The notes beneath the pieces are model-generated. The model was not told where the DNA came from, did no database searches, and worked only from the letters and a program-made list of their open reading frames with translations. The position numbers and the translations under genes were made by a program. From Eledone cirrhosa (Eukaryota), in assembly GCA_964016885.1 (NCBI GenBank), contig OZ024740.1:197718001-197782000 (forward strand): 64,000 bases of DNA. The letters run 5' to 3'. Positions 1-11,942 of this stretch are shown in pieces. Every line of letters begins with the position of its first letter. The first letter of the stretch is position 1.

Positions 1-420
1 GAAAGACAAGTATAAGAAATTATTATTCATTCATACATCTCTACGAACGTTTCAACGCGGCTAGAATATCGCATCTATTTACGGAGCAACTGGAGATTAC
101 CAGTTAACAATTATTTCCATTATGTGTGTTTATATATAGAGAGAGAAAGAGCCAGATATCGTATAAGAAACACGGTATATTGTATATATACCAAATACAT
201 ATTCTATAGAAGAATATGTACATAATTCCACCTGTGTACATATTCTTCTATAGAATATGTATTTGGTTTATATACAATATGGCTCTTTCTCTCTTTATGT
301 ATATATATGTCTTTTTCATTTGGTCATTATGGGTCTAGATAAAGTCTATTGAGCTTGCTTTTTGAGAAACACAAAATCTTAAGCATATTTAATACACCTT
401 GATTCATTATTTGTAAATAT

Positions 421-696
421 ATCTATCTATCTAGGGCGGGTAAAATTCCCGAGATCCATGGACGAGTTCTCTCCAGCGGTCTCTGTCCCTCATTATCGTG
501 GCCATGTCCTGCGTCCCCAATAGACCAGTGTCTGTCCTTAGGGCATCAACATACGTCAGCTCAAAAGTGACACAGAGGAGACTGAAGTTAGCTGGACATG
601 CTCACCGACATTCAGAGTAGACATTGCACTCAGTGCTCCTGTGGGAGCCCCTACATGGACACACTGGAAGAGGAAGACCAAGGTTAACGTATGTTG

Positions 697-698
<2 letters not shown>
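421..698 (-). mobile_element. RTE-clade LINE 3' remnant with internal inversion and (ATAG)n tail
   Basis: Plus 561-698 reads KVTQRRLKLAGHAHRHSE*..VLLWEPLHGHTGRGRPRLTYVD. Minus 560->431 continues LTYVDALRTDTGLL..MRDRDRWRELVHG..* followed by (ATAG)n. These are typical RTE C-terminal motifs. Confidence 0.75.
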
Positions 699-728
<30 letters not shown>

Positions 729-757
729 AGATCAAAAGATGGTTAAAGGAGTTCCAT

Positions 758-829
758 GTATTTTATTATGCGCATTTCAAAAACAAACATCATCATGCAA
801 TAATATTTGTGTTTTCATCAGATAAAACA
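758..829 (-). ncRNA. Hammerhead ribozyme motif (inverted-arm copy)
   Basis: Reverse complement of 6343-6413: CTGATGA...GAAA-TGCGCA-TA with stem I TTTTAT/ATAAAA. Confidence 0.8.
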
Positions 830-2008
830 GGAGAACATGATATGAAGGCTAAAAAACACTTGTGGATAGTGCAGTTTTAAATCAACATATGAAAAGTGGT
901 TTTAGATTGATGTGTGATATTGGGAAAAATATTTTATTTAGAGAGGGGGGGTGGAAAGGATGAAAAAGGGGAGGAGATGAGAGTGAAGGTGGAGAGGGAG
1001 AGATGGGTGATAGAGAGAAAGAGATAGTTTTTATAACTGAGAGAAGATATATTGTTTTACATAGAGAGTTTGAAAGCCGTTGGAAGATAATGTATAAATT
1101 AAAAGAATTTGAAAATTAACGAAGGGAAAAATATGTACGAGGAAAAAATATTTTATTTAGGGAGGGGGGTGGAAAGGATGAAAAAAGGGGAGGAGATGAG
1201 AGTGAAGGTGGAGAGGGAGAGATGGGTGATAGAGAGAAAGAGATAGTTTTTATAACTGAGAAAAGATATATTGTTTTACATAGAGAGGTTGAGAACCGTT
1301 GGAAGATAATGTATGAATTAAAAGAATTTGAAAATTAAAGAAGGGAAAAGTATGTACGAGGAAAGATAGGGAGTTTATGTATGAAGATAGAGAGAAAAAA
1401 AAAATAATTGCGGATGAATATTCTAACGTCAAAAAGGTGTATGTTGATAAGTATTGTGGCAATTTCAAAATTAACGAAGAGAAAAAAATTATTAAGGTTT
1501 GTGTGTAGAAGGATTTGAGAAAAATAATGTGAAGTTAAAGTTTGTATATTGAAGGAATTGATAATATGTGCGAAGAAAGAGTTAATATGTATTAAAAAAT
1601 TATTAAGGTTTGTGTATTAGATGATTTGAGAAAAATAATGTGAAGTTAAGGTTTGTATATTGAAGGAGTTGATAATATGTGCGAAGAAAGAGTTAATATG
1701 TATTAAGAATGAGTTCGTTGATGGGGAGAAAAAAATAAATAAATTAAGGATGAAATTGAGATTAAAGAGTTTTATGATAGAGAGAAAAAATAATAATAAT
1801 TGCGGATGAATATTCTAACGTCAAAAAAAACAAATGTATATGTTATGAAGGATTTTACAAGGTGAAGATAAAATGAGGGTAATGAGTAAACAAGTATTAT
1901 AGAGTGTATAATGCCCTTTGAAGTAAGGTAGGAAGATGGGTATATTTTAAAGAGGTGTATGTATATGTGCCTTTGAGAAAAGATTCTAAATTGATAAAGA
2001 ATTGAATA

Positions 2009-3371
2009 TTAGCTGTATACTTTGTGAAAAGTCCTATGGAATTTATGCAGGCAGATAGAAAACAAATCTGTACGTCTATTTATTATAGAATCTAGATTAG
2101 AGATAATGGTAAATTTTTCATTTAGGCAGAGATTACAGATTTTAGATAGAGAGCTGTTCAAGTATGAGAATGCAGAAGAAACCTTCTTCCAAAAGATGGT
2201 ATATTTAATGTTTTTGTCTTTCAAGGACCATATGAGTTCTGAGAGAGCCGTGTTGGTTCTTTTAAGTTTGTATTTAAAAGATGAATGGTGATTATAGAGA
2301 CGAGCTTTAAAAGAGGTGGAAGTGGAGCCAAAATAGGTGAAGGAATTGGTGGTAGTTATAACTTTACATTCATAAATTAAATTTTTATCAAGACAATAGT
2401 TGTTGAGAGGACATTTATTTTTAATGCGTCAGTTGCAATTAGAGAGATTATTAATGAGTGACCTAGTGTTATCTATAGAAGGAATTGGATTGGAGAAGTT
2501 GTTTGCGATAGGAATAATAGGAATAATAGTTTCTTGATTTAGAGTTGGATTATGAACATTTAGCGAAGTTGTGTTTGACGTTGTATTTGGGTTTACAGAA
2601 GTTAGCCTAGGGTTTACAATGACGTCGGGAGTACTATTACTATTATTATGAAATTCAATGTTGGAAGGAAGAGATTTAGTATTTAGTATTTTATTGTTGT
2701 GTTTAGAGATGATGTTGGAAATATTGGAGGATGTAGAATAAGAAAATTTGATGGTGTGTTTGTTAAATATTTTACTATAGATATGTGAGGGAGGGAAGCA
2801 TTTATTTAAGGCACTAAAAAATAATTTAGGAATATTGTTATTAATAGAGATGGAGAAAGGAGCATTATACCAGATTATGTTTTTGTATCTAGGTCTTTTA
2901 TTAAAATTATTGGAATGATCATGATTAATTATTCTACTGTAAGTTTTTCTAGAATTTGTTTCTTTACTATATTTGATTTTATCTGGATAGCCGGCTTTAG
3001 AAAGTGCGTTATTATAGTAATTGGCGTTAGCATCAAAGATGTTTTTATTAGAAGATATGTTAGATATTCTTTTTCCAATATTACTAACTATAGCATTCTT
3101 GATATTGGTAGGATGGTTAGATTTAAAGTTAACATAATTTAGGTTCTCATTGTTTTTATGGTAAGGGTAATATAGGCCAGTGTCAAGATTAAGAGATACA
3201 TCCAAGAAATTAGCTAGTTTGATACTATTATCAAATTCAATTTTTAGGTTATGTTGGTTAAAGAGATTACGTATATTGTTCTTAATAATATTAAGGTTAA
3301 CTATATTGCAATTTAAGATAGTAAAGAGTTCATCGTCACGATAAATTCCACCGCGAAGTTGAGGAATTTTC
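2009..3371 (-). pseudogene. Inverted truncated copy of the Nematis RT-thumb/GIY-YIG coding region with an in-frame TGA
   Basis: ORFs 2429..3205 and 2009..2224 match the 3489..5162 protein. TGC>TGA at 2429-2431. RDDGL>RDDEL. Confidence 0.9.
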
Positions 3372-3488
3372 TGTATGAAGATAGAGAGAAAAAATAATAA
3401 TTGCGGATGAATATTCTAACGTCAAAAAGGTGTATGTTGATAAGTATTGTGGCAATTTCAAAATTAACGATGGTTTGGTACTTCTGAA

Positions 3489-5162
3489 GTGATTGGCTGG
3501 TTCAACAAATTGGATAATAAAAACAAACTAAAATTTATTCAATTTGATATTGCCAGCTACTATTCCTCCATTTCGCCTTCACTTCTCAATAATGCTCTAT
3601 CTTTCGCACTTAAATATTCTGACATCACCACAGATGAACTTCACATCATCCTCACCGCACATAAAACCATCCTAGAGTTCAACAACGAATATTGGACCAG
3701 AGCCGACACCTCTAACAACTTCGACATCACAATGGGAGCATCCGATTCATCCCAATTGACTGATTTAATTGGTATCTTTATTTTGAACTCTTTGAGTCGG
3801 AAAATTCCTCAACTTCGTGGTGGAATTTATCGTGACGATGGACTCTTTACTATCTTAAATTGCAATATAGTTAACCTTAATATTATTAAGAACAATATAC
3901 GTAATCTCTTTAACCAACATAACCTAAAAATTGAATTTGATAATAGTATCAAACTAGCTAATTTCTTGGATGTATCTCTTAATCTTGACACTGGCCTATA
4001 TTACCCTTACCATAAAAACAATGAGAACCTAAACTATGTTAACTTTAAATCTAACCATCCTACCAATATCAAGAATGCTATAGTTAGTAATATTGGAAAA
4101 AGAATATCTAACATATCTTCTAATAAAAACATCTTTGATGCTAACGCCAATTACTATAATAACGCACTTTCTAAAGCCGGCTATCCAGATAAAATCAAAT
4201 ATAGTAAAGAAACAAATTCTAGAAAAACTTACAGTAGAATAATTAATCATGATCATTCCAATAATTTTAATAAAAGACCTAGATACAAAAACATAATCTG
4301 GTATAATGCTCCTTTCTCCATCCCTATTAATAACAATATTCCTAAATTATTTTTTAGTGCCTTAAATAAATGCTTCCCTCCCTCACATATCTATAGTAAA
4401 ATATTTAACAAACACACCATCAAATTTTCTTATTCTACATCCTCCAATATTTCCAACATCATCTCTAAACACAACAATAAAATACTAAATACTAAATCTC
4501 TTCCTTCCAACATTGAATTTCATAATAATAGTAATAGTACTCCCGACGTCATTGTAAACCCTAGGCTAACTTCTGTAAACCCAAATACAACGTCAAACAC
4601 AACTTCGCTAAATGTTCATAATCCAACTCTAAATCAAGAAACTATTATTCCTATTATTCCTATCGCAAACAACTTCTCCAATCCAATTCCTTCTATAGAT
4701 AACACTAGGTCACTCATTAATAATCTCTCTAATTGCAACTGCCGCATTAAAAATAAATGTCCTCTCAACAACTATTGTCTTGATAAAAATTTAATTTATG
4801 AATGTAAAGTTATAACTAGCACCAATTCCTTCACCTATTTTGGCTCCACTTCCACCTCTTTTAAAGCTCGTCTCTATAATCACCATTCATCTTTTAAATA
4901 CAAACTTAAAAGAACCAACACGGCTCTCTCAGAACTCATATGGTCCTTGAAAGACAAAAACATTAAATATACCATCTTTTGGAAGAAGGTTTCTTCTGCA
5001 TTCTCATACTTGAACAGCTCTCTATCTAAAATCTGTAATCTCTGCCTAAATGAAAAATTTACCATTATCTCTAATCTAGATTCTATAATAAATAGACGTA
5101 CAGATTTGTTTTCTATCTGCCTGCATAAATTCCATAGGACTTTTCACAAAGTATACAGCTAA
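3489..5162 (+). CDS. PLE (Nematis-type) reverse transcriptase + GIY-YIG endonuclease, 5'-truncated
   Basis: FIQFDIASYYSSI, FDITMGASDS and GIYRDDGL RT motifs; CNCRIKNKCPLNNYC linker; NLIYECKV..YFGST (GIY-YIG); RLYNH; CNLCLNEK..INRR..CLH. Confidence 0.92.
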   Translation: MIGWFNKLDNKNKLKFIQFDIASYYSSISPSLLNNALSFALKYSDITTDELHIILTAHKTILEFNNEYWTRADTSNNFDITMGASDSSQLTDLIGIFILNSLSRKIPQLRGGIYRDDGLFTILNCNIVNLNIIKNNIRNLFNQHNLKIEFDNSIKLANFLDVSLNLDTGLYYPYHKNNENLNYVNFKSNHPTNIKNAIVSNIGKRISNISSNKNIFDANANYYNNALSKAGYPDKIKYSKETNSRKTYSRIINHDHSNNFNKRPRYKNIIWYNAPFSIPINNNIPKLFFSALNKCFPPSHIYSKIFNKHTIKFSYSTSSNISNIISKHNNKILNTKSLPSNIEFHNNSNSTPDVIVNPRLTSVNPNTTSNTTSLNVHNPTLNQETIIPIIPIANNFSNPIPSIDNTRSLINNLSNCNCRIKNKCPLNNYCLDKNLIYECKVITSTNSFTYFGSTSTSFKARLYNHHSSFKYKLKRTNTALSELIWSLKDKNIKYTIFWKKVSSAFSYLNSSLSKICNLCLNEKFTIISNLDSIINRRTDLFSICLHKFHRTFHKVYS

Positions 5163-5464
5163 TATTCAATTCTTTATCAATTTAGAATCTTTTCTCAAAG
5201 GCACATATACATACACCTCTTTAAAATATACCCATCTTCCTACCTTACTTCAAAGGGCATTATACACTCTATAATACTTGTTTACTCATTACCCTCATTC
5301 TATCTTCACCTTGTAAAATCCTTCATAACATATACATTTGTTTTTTTGACGTTAGAATATTCATCCGCAATTATTATTATTTTTTCTCTCTATCATAAAA
5401 CTCTTTAATCTCAATTTCATCCTTAATTTATTTATTTTTTTCTCCCCATCAACGAACTCATTCT

Positions 5465-6250
5465 TAATACATATTAACTCTTTCTTCGTACATATTATCA
5501 ACTCCTTCAATATACAAACCTTAACTTCACATTATTTTTCTCAAATCATCTAATACACAAACCTTAATAATTTTTTAATACATATTAACTCTTTCTTCGC
5601 ACATATTATCAATTCCTTCAATATACAAACTTTAACTTCACATTATTTTTCTCAAATCCTTCTACACACAAACCTTAATAATTTTTTCTCTTCGTTAATT
5701 TTGAAATTGCCACAATACTTATCAACATACACCTTTTTGGCGTTAGAATATTCATCCGCAATTATTATTTTTTTTTCTCTCTATCTTCATACATAAACTC
5801 CCTATCTTTCCTCGTACATACTTTTCCCTTCTTTAATTTTCAAATTCTTTTAATTTATACATTATCTTCCAACGGTTCTCAACCTCTCTATGTAAAACAA
5901 TATATCTTTTTTCAGTTATAAAAACTATCTCTTTCTCGCTATCACCCATCTCTCCCTCTCCACCTTCACTCTCATCTCCTCCCCTTTTTTCATCCTTTCC
6001 ACCCCCCTCCCTAAATAAAATATTTTTTCCTCGTACATATTTTTCCCTTCGTTAATTTTCAAATTCTTTTAATTTATACATTATCTTCCAACGGTTTTCA
6101 ACCTCTCTATGTAAAACAATATATTTTCTCTCAATTATAAAAACTATCTCTTTCTCTCTATCACCCATCTCTCCCTCTCCACCTTCACTCTCATCTCCTC
6201 CCCTTTTTCTTCCTTTCCACCCCCCCCTCTCTAAATAAAATATTTTTCCC
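5465..6250 (+). repeat. Internal tandem duplications in the PLE 3' UTR (~110 bp x2 and ~215 bp x2)
   Basis: ttaatacatattaactctttcttcg occurs at ~5464 and ~5575. The atcacccatctctccctctccaccttcactctcatctcc block occurs at ~5941 and ~6160. Confidence 0.8.
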
Positions 6251-6342
6251 AATATCACACATCAATCTAAAACCACTTTTCATATGTTGATTTAAAACTG
6301 CACTATCCACAAGTGTTTTTTAGCCTTCATATCATGTTCTCC

Positions 6343-6413
6343 TGTTTTATCTGATGAAAACACAAATATTATTGCATGATGATGTTTGTTTTTGAAATGC
6401 GCATAATAAAATA
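6343..6413 (+). ncRNA. Type I hammerhead ribozyme motif with palindromic stem III
   Basis: TGTTTTAT-CTGATGA(6351-6357)-stem II (CAAATATT..GATGTTTG)-GAAA(6394-6397)-TGCGCA-TA-ATAAAA. Minimal hammerheads are a known feature of PLE pseudo-LTRs. Confidence 0.82.
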
Positions 6414-6534
6414 CATGGAACTCCTTTAACCATCTTTTGATCTTATATTATGTATACTCCAGTCCTACAAACTGTAGAGTGCTTCTTATCCGATATCTGC
6501 ATTGCTTTATTGTACTACAATAAAACTCACCTCC

Positions 6535-6649
<115 letters not shown>

Positions 6650-6653
6650 GGAG

Positions 6654-7880
6654 GTGAGTTTTAAGCCTAATGAGAAACTTATTTACGTAGATACCAAGTC
6701 TAATCACCCTAGATCAATATTAAACTCTATCTCTAAGGGGGTGTCCAATAGAATCTCTAGTCTGTCCTATGACGCAAACATATTTAGCAAAAACTCACAA
6801 TATTACAATCAAGCATTAGCTAGCTCCGGCCATAATATAGAAATTGAGTTCCTACCTAAGAAAACACATAGCTACAACATCATCTCGCACAACATGTCCA
6901 TGAGGAAATCTAATAATAGGAATAGCAACCACAAGTACACCAAAGCGGAGGGTGCCACCGGAAGTAACCATTACCATGGAAACTACTGTGAGGCCTTAGG
7001 AGGAAGCAACACACCAAACACTAAAAGCAAAAATAGAAGAAGAAATAATACATTTTTCAACCCTCCTTTCAACCTAAATGTCTCCACCAACATACCTAGG
7101 GATTTCTTCTCACTACTAGATAAAAACTTCCCTCTAGGACACAAGTACCACAACCTCTTAAACAAAAACACCATTAAAATCTCATACTCTACGACGCCTA
7201 ACTTAGCATACCACATAGCTAGCAGCAATAATAGTAAAATTAGTTCTTACTTCCAACAAACAAAATCACAACGGGATGCAAACCCTCTAAATACCACTGT
7301 AGCAAGCAACAATAGCAACGGCAGTAACAATAGAAATAACACTAGTATAAGTAATAACACCAGGGTTGTCAACCCGAACACCCAAAATCCTATATCCACC
7401 ACACAGACTTCCGCATTGCATTATAACCAGTGGACTAACGCACAGAATAATTGTAACTGTAGAGCTAATAGAACCTGCCCTTTAGATAAAAAATGCCTAA
7501 CCAAGGATGTCATATACTCATGCACAGTCACGACTAATAACTCTTCAGAAACCTATGTAGGCTCCACTTCTAACTGCTTCAAAATCAGATATAACTCGCA
7601 CATCCACTCGTTCAAAAAGCACAGCCTAGCCAACTCCACCTCACTTTCTAGCTACATACACTATCTAAAATCTAAAAATAAACCATACACACTCAAATGG
7701 GAAGTGATAGGCAGCGCGACCTCATACAAACCACCTAATAAATTCTGTAACCTCTGTATACTAGAGACACACAATATTATCTTCTCCAACCGTAACCTAC
7801 TTAACAAAAAATCTGAGGTGTTTACAACTTGCCAGCACCGCCTCAGACATTCCTTCCAAAACTTTAAGCCCTATATATAG
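6654..7880 (+). CDS. PLE (Nematis-type family 2) RT thumb + GIY-YIG, 5'-truncated
   Basis: KPNEKLIYVDTKSNHP, FFNPPFN, KISYSTTPNL, CNCRANRTCPLDKKC, DVIYSCTV..YVGST, RYNSH, CNLCILE..LNKKSE..CQH. The start codon is probably an artefact of the truncation junction. Confidence 0.9.
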   Translation: MSFKPNEKLIYVDTKSNHPRSILNSISKGVSNRISSLSYDANIFSKNSQYYNQALASSGHNIEIEFLPKKTHSYNIISHNMSMRKSNNRNSNHKYTKAEGATGSNHYHGNYCEALGGSNTPNTKSKNRRRNNTFFNPPFNLNVSTNIPRDFFSLLDKNFPLGHKYHNLLNKNTIKISYSTTPNLAYHIASSNNSKISSYFQQTKSQRDANPLNTTVASNNSNGSNNRNNTSISNNTRVVNPNTQNPISTTQTSALHYNQWTNAQNNCNCRANRTCPLDKKCLTKDVIYSCTVTTNNSSETYVGSTSNCFKIRYNSHIHSFKKHSLANSTSLSSYIHYLKSKNKPYTLKWEVIGSATSYKPPNKFCNLCILETHNIIFSNRNLLNKKSEVFTTCQHRLRHSFQNFKPYI

Positions 7881-9571
7881 CAATGTCGGACTGGAACCTA
7901 ACACCACATCTAGCATCAAACACCAGAGACACACCCTATACTACATACCCAACACTAGCTGATCCATTATAACACAAACAACGACATCCCTCTGGAACCC
8001 TTCGCAGGGAAAATACCCATTTATACCTCTACGGCAGGTGTGACAACATCCACCCACTTGGACGGCACTACACCGCTCTAAGGGTAATTTGAGCATGAAT
8101 TGATCGGTTGGATGGTGTTGGGCAGAGGAAACACCTTCCTTAGACAGATGTAAAATGATTTAATCGAGTAGCGCTGTTGACCAGTAGGACCGGGCTGCTG
8201 AGCGCAGTGAGTGAATGCAATGCAACTGCCGTGCGGGTTGTACGTATATGGATGATCTGACGGTCAGAGAGGGGTCGCGAGGACTGCGGATTGACCTTTG
8301 GCCTGCCTGGGGACGATTATCTTTCGACATCCAATGTAGCAAGCGATGACCCAGATCTTACCAGAGATCATTGGGTCCTGAAGCAATCCTGCAATCACCG
8401 CGCCTGGTCATATGAGCAGACTACAACCACAGAGATCATTAATTTAGAATCCTCGCTCATCATCTATAATTTCCATTTGTAGCACCTTAAGATGGGTTAA
8501 TCCACCTTAATAATAATATGATCACCTTCAGCATAATTTAGTTAAACTACTCTATAGTTAGTACACTTTATGCTTTAAAAGTCTCTCTTGGAAGGTGCAC
8601 CTCATCATAGAATTTAGGGTCTATATTGGGACACATTTTAATGGCTAGATATAGAAACCCCAGAGTTACCTCCCCGCATGCATTAACTCCCCTTAGCCAC
8701 ACACACACTTCCGGTATTCAATGGCGTTTCTCGAAACGTAACAACCTCCTGTATCGAATTAAAGAACACCAGACTACGATCTCTAACTGGATTGTCGTGG
8801 ATTATGTGAAAGGCATATAATCGAAATATACACTCCCTTGACCATGAAAATGCCGAAGTACATGAATTACTTGACATCCCTGCGCTGTGCATCTCCAATA
8901 CTTATAACACTTTTAATGCTTGCACTATCTTTAATGCTTATAATATTTCTCCACACACAGACTATATCAATCATATAAAGACTTTGCCACCAGATCTACC
9001 AACCTAACACTCTTATTTACCTACCTAAGTGCCTCTACCACACATATCTCTCTGCCACACTATATAAACAAGACGCACATGCGTGCCACACATATAACAT
9101 TTGCACTATATAACCACTTATCTTCATGTTGTACTTTAACCTATATCTTTGATTTTTGATTGTACCTATTAATATAAATGTAATCTCGAAGTGTGTACTG
9201 CCACTCTAAATTCTGTAATGAATGTTGACCCACAATGTTTGAATATGTATCAATGTTTGAATATGTATTGGTATGTCTCTCGGCTGAAAAGGAGGTCATA
9301 TAACTGTCCATGCATTAATAAATTGCTCCGAAGAATCCAAACCTCGGTTTGGAGGAAACAGCTGTAAGCACAATAATGTTTTGAACAGTTCTTTGATTCT
9401 TATATTTCATATAACTGCTCTGTAAATCATCTGATGTTTTTACATTGAGCTACTTAACTTACTGGTAATAAGGTAGTAATACATTACTGCCTACCACTAT
9501 TTAGGGTGTGTGTAAAATACTTACAACTGCTTAAGGTTTTGTGTTTACATAACCATAAATAGTATAACTAA

Positions 9572-9576
<5 letters not shown>
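6663..9576 (+). mobile_element. Penelope-like element, Nematis-type family 2 with ~1.7 kb 3' region
   Basis: ORF above, hammerhead-like motif at 9322-9374, bounded by (TA)n at 6538-6645 and 9576-9654. The 3' boundary is inferred from the TA tract. Confidence 0.8.
9322..9374 (+). ncRNA. Hammerhead ribozyme-like motif (core CCGAAGA, U4C variant)
   Basis: TGCT-CCGAAGA-A-TCCAAACC-TC-GGTTTGGA-G-GAAA-CAGCTG-TA-AGCA. All three stems are present and stem III is palindromic. Confidence 0.7.
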
Positions 9577-9658
<82 letters not shown>

Positions 9659-9884
9659 TACAAACACACACACACATATATATAGCTGTCTGTAATTTCG
9701 TACCTAACCAGAAAATGAACAAATGAACAATTTTCCACCATAATTCATTTTCTATTACGAATGTTACTTGTCATAGACGGGTAATTTTACGAGTATGTAT
9801 ATATCACTATATGTAACAGCAGCTATATAAATGTATTAATAAAAATAAATAAATTCACGTCGTCTGTATTTGTCTAGAACGTTT

Positions 9885-10648
9885 CCGTCGGACAACATGC
9901 TTTGCGGCATATATTTACGGGCTTTTACGATCTGAGTTCAAATCCCACCGAGTTAGCTTTGCCTTCCATCCTTAAAGGGTCGATATAATAAAGCACCAGT
10001 AATTAATGTGAGAAAAGGGATAAACTTTCATGTGTATATTCTATTCATCAAAGAAAAAATGGTGAAAAGAAAACGTAACTTCGTACACACGCTATAAACA
10101 TTCGACCATCATTCAGTATCGGTAGAGGGTTTGACGCCTTGCTTTGCAGCAAAGAATTACGGCCCTTTATGGTCTGAATTCAAATCCCGCCAAGGTTAAC
10201 TTTGCCTTTCATCCTTACGGGGTCGATAAATTAAAGCACTGGGATAATTACTGGCCTTGTGCCAAAAGTAGAAACAATTATTATGTGCGCGCGCGTGTAT
10301 ATGTATGCGTGCATGTGTATGTATGTGTGCGAGTTCGTACATCACTGTATCTCTCTCACTCTTTACCTGCCTCTTCGGTCAGTATGTGTACGTTTTCAGC
10401 CCGTACGTTGAACTCTCTATCCTCTTTTACTTTCTCTCCTCATCCCTAAATGTCAGAAGCATGGCAACTGACCAATAAAATAGGACATCGAATAATATAT
10501 GTTAGAGATTAGTATTATTTTCTACGTTCTGAGTTCAAATCCCGCCGAGGTCAGCTTCGCCTTTCATCCTTAAGGATCGATAAAATAAAGTACCAGTAAT
10601 GCATTGGGGTAATTGCTGGACTTTTGACAAAAACAGAAACAATTATTT
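9885..10648 (+). mobile_element. Cluster of three tRNA-derived SINEs, family M (~9885-10003, ~10110-10283, ~10520-10648)
   Basis: B-box GAGTTCAAATCC, central GCCTTTCATCCTT..GGGTCGATAAA..AAGTACCAGT (resembles the Meta domain, from memory), tail GCCTTGTG..AAAGTAGAAACAATTATT. Confidence 0.85.
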
Positions 10649-10649
10649 T

Positions 10650-10945
10650 CATTGCTTGCTGTCACTGCATTACAGAGAACAGATCTGTGTGCCTTGGGTA
10701 AGTGTCGTGTTGTTGTTTTTATTTTATTGAAAGTACTCTTCGTAATATGTGTACAGAGTCTAGTACTGCTATTTTCTTTGTGATGTATACATTTGTACGT
10801 CCTGGAGTTTTTTTTTCATTTTCTATCTGGGTGTTTTTAATCGTTCCAAGAGCACCTATTATTATAGGGGTTGTTTCTATTTTCATCATACACCTTTGGA
10901 TTATTTCTATTTCTATATTTTGATATTTAAAAACATTCTCTATTT
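10650..10945 (-). mobile_element. Degenerate R4/Dong-clade 3' remnant
   Basis: KYQNIEIEI..TTPIIIGALGTI..KKIAVLDSVHILRRVLSI aligns with the C-terminus of ORF 50618..52357 (KYKDLEIEI..TIPVVVGALGMI..QKIVLMGTAHILRKILSI). Confidence 0.8.
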
Positions 10946-11218
10946 CTTTTGGAGAGATATATTGTCCACCCTCTGAATGGAAAAAAGGATGAGTATTGAC
11001 GTACATGGAACACGAACCCACATCTTTGGTTTTCCGGACCAATGTGTTACCATTACACATTCAGAAGGTTTTTTTTAAAATCCCAACTAACAGAGTAATT
11101 CTATGTAGTCAAATACGGCGTAAGCACATGTGACTACCTAGTTTTCAAATTCGCTAGCCGTTTGTAAACAAAGCCTGCTATGTGTCTCCCTATTTACATA
11201 CACATATATATATATGTG

Positions 11219-11256
<38 letters not shown>

Positions 11257-11842
11257 TATGGAGAAAGAGAGAAAGAGAGAAAGAGAGAGAGCGAGAGGGA
11301 GATAGAGATGTATATGTGTGAGTGTGACTGTGTTTATGTCCTGTAACATAGCCACTCAACAAAAACAAGATCGATGAAATAAATACAAGACTTCAAAAAA
11401 ACAAAAACAAAAAAAAAAACAGGCATTGATGTCGATTTGATCGATTAAAGCAAGGCAATGCTCCAGCAAGAACGCAACCTAATGTAGGAGACCGGTAAAA
11501 CAGTAAAGCATTAAAAGTGAAGAAGAATAACCGTGAGTAGGGCGTTGATTCTGTAGAATATCATATACAGAAAAACATATATAATTAATTAGACAGAAAA
11601 CCTTCGAAAATATTGTTAGCAGAAAATTTATGGGTAATGCAATCGTTGACAATGAATTAACACTGTAACACTGTGTGGTTATTTACAAGGTTCACAGCAG
11701 TTTTAATTAACATCGACAAATTGTTTTTAATTAGTGAACGAGATTGAAAAATGGATTACATGTCAATAAAGCAGTAATGGAAAGATTATTTAGTCACACT
11801 TCAAAACAAAACTATCAAGCACATCAGGTGTGTGGGACAGAG

Positions 11843-11942
11843 AAAGGTTAACTTTGCTTTCATCCTTACGGGGTGGATAAAATAAAGTACCAGTAATGTA
11901 CTGAGTAATTGCTGGCCTTGTACTAAAAGTAGAAACAATTAT
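11843..11942 (+). mobile_element. SINE family M, 5'-truncated
   Basis: Central domain plus AAAGTAGAAACAATTATT tail. Confidence 0.8.

Noticed and set aside
721-6451. Giant palindrome as an assembly artefact
   Set aside because: The arms differ at several positions, the spacer is complex, and the same architecture recurs in other PLE families here. Not fully excluded without raw reads.
8340-8385. Possible SECIS (ATGA...TGA around a hairpin) in the Nematis-2 3' region
   Set aside because: Helix II does not stack on the putative quartet, the apical AA is missing, and the ORF has no in-frame TGA.
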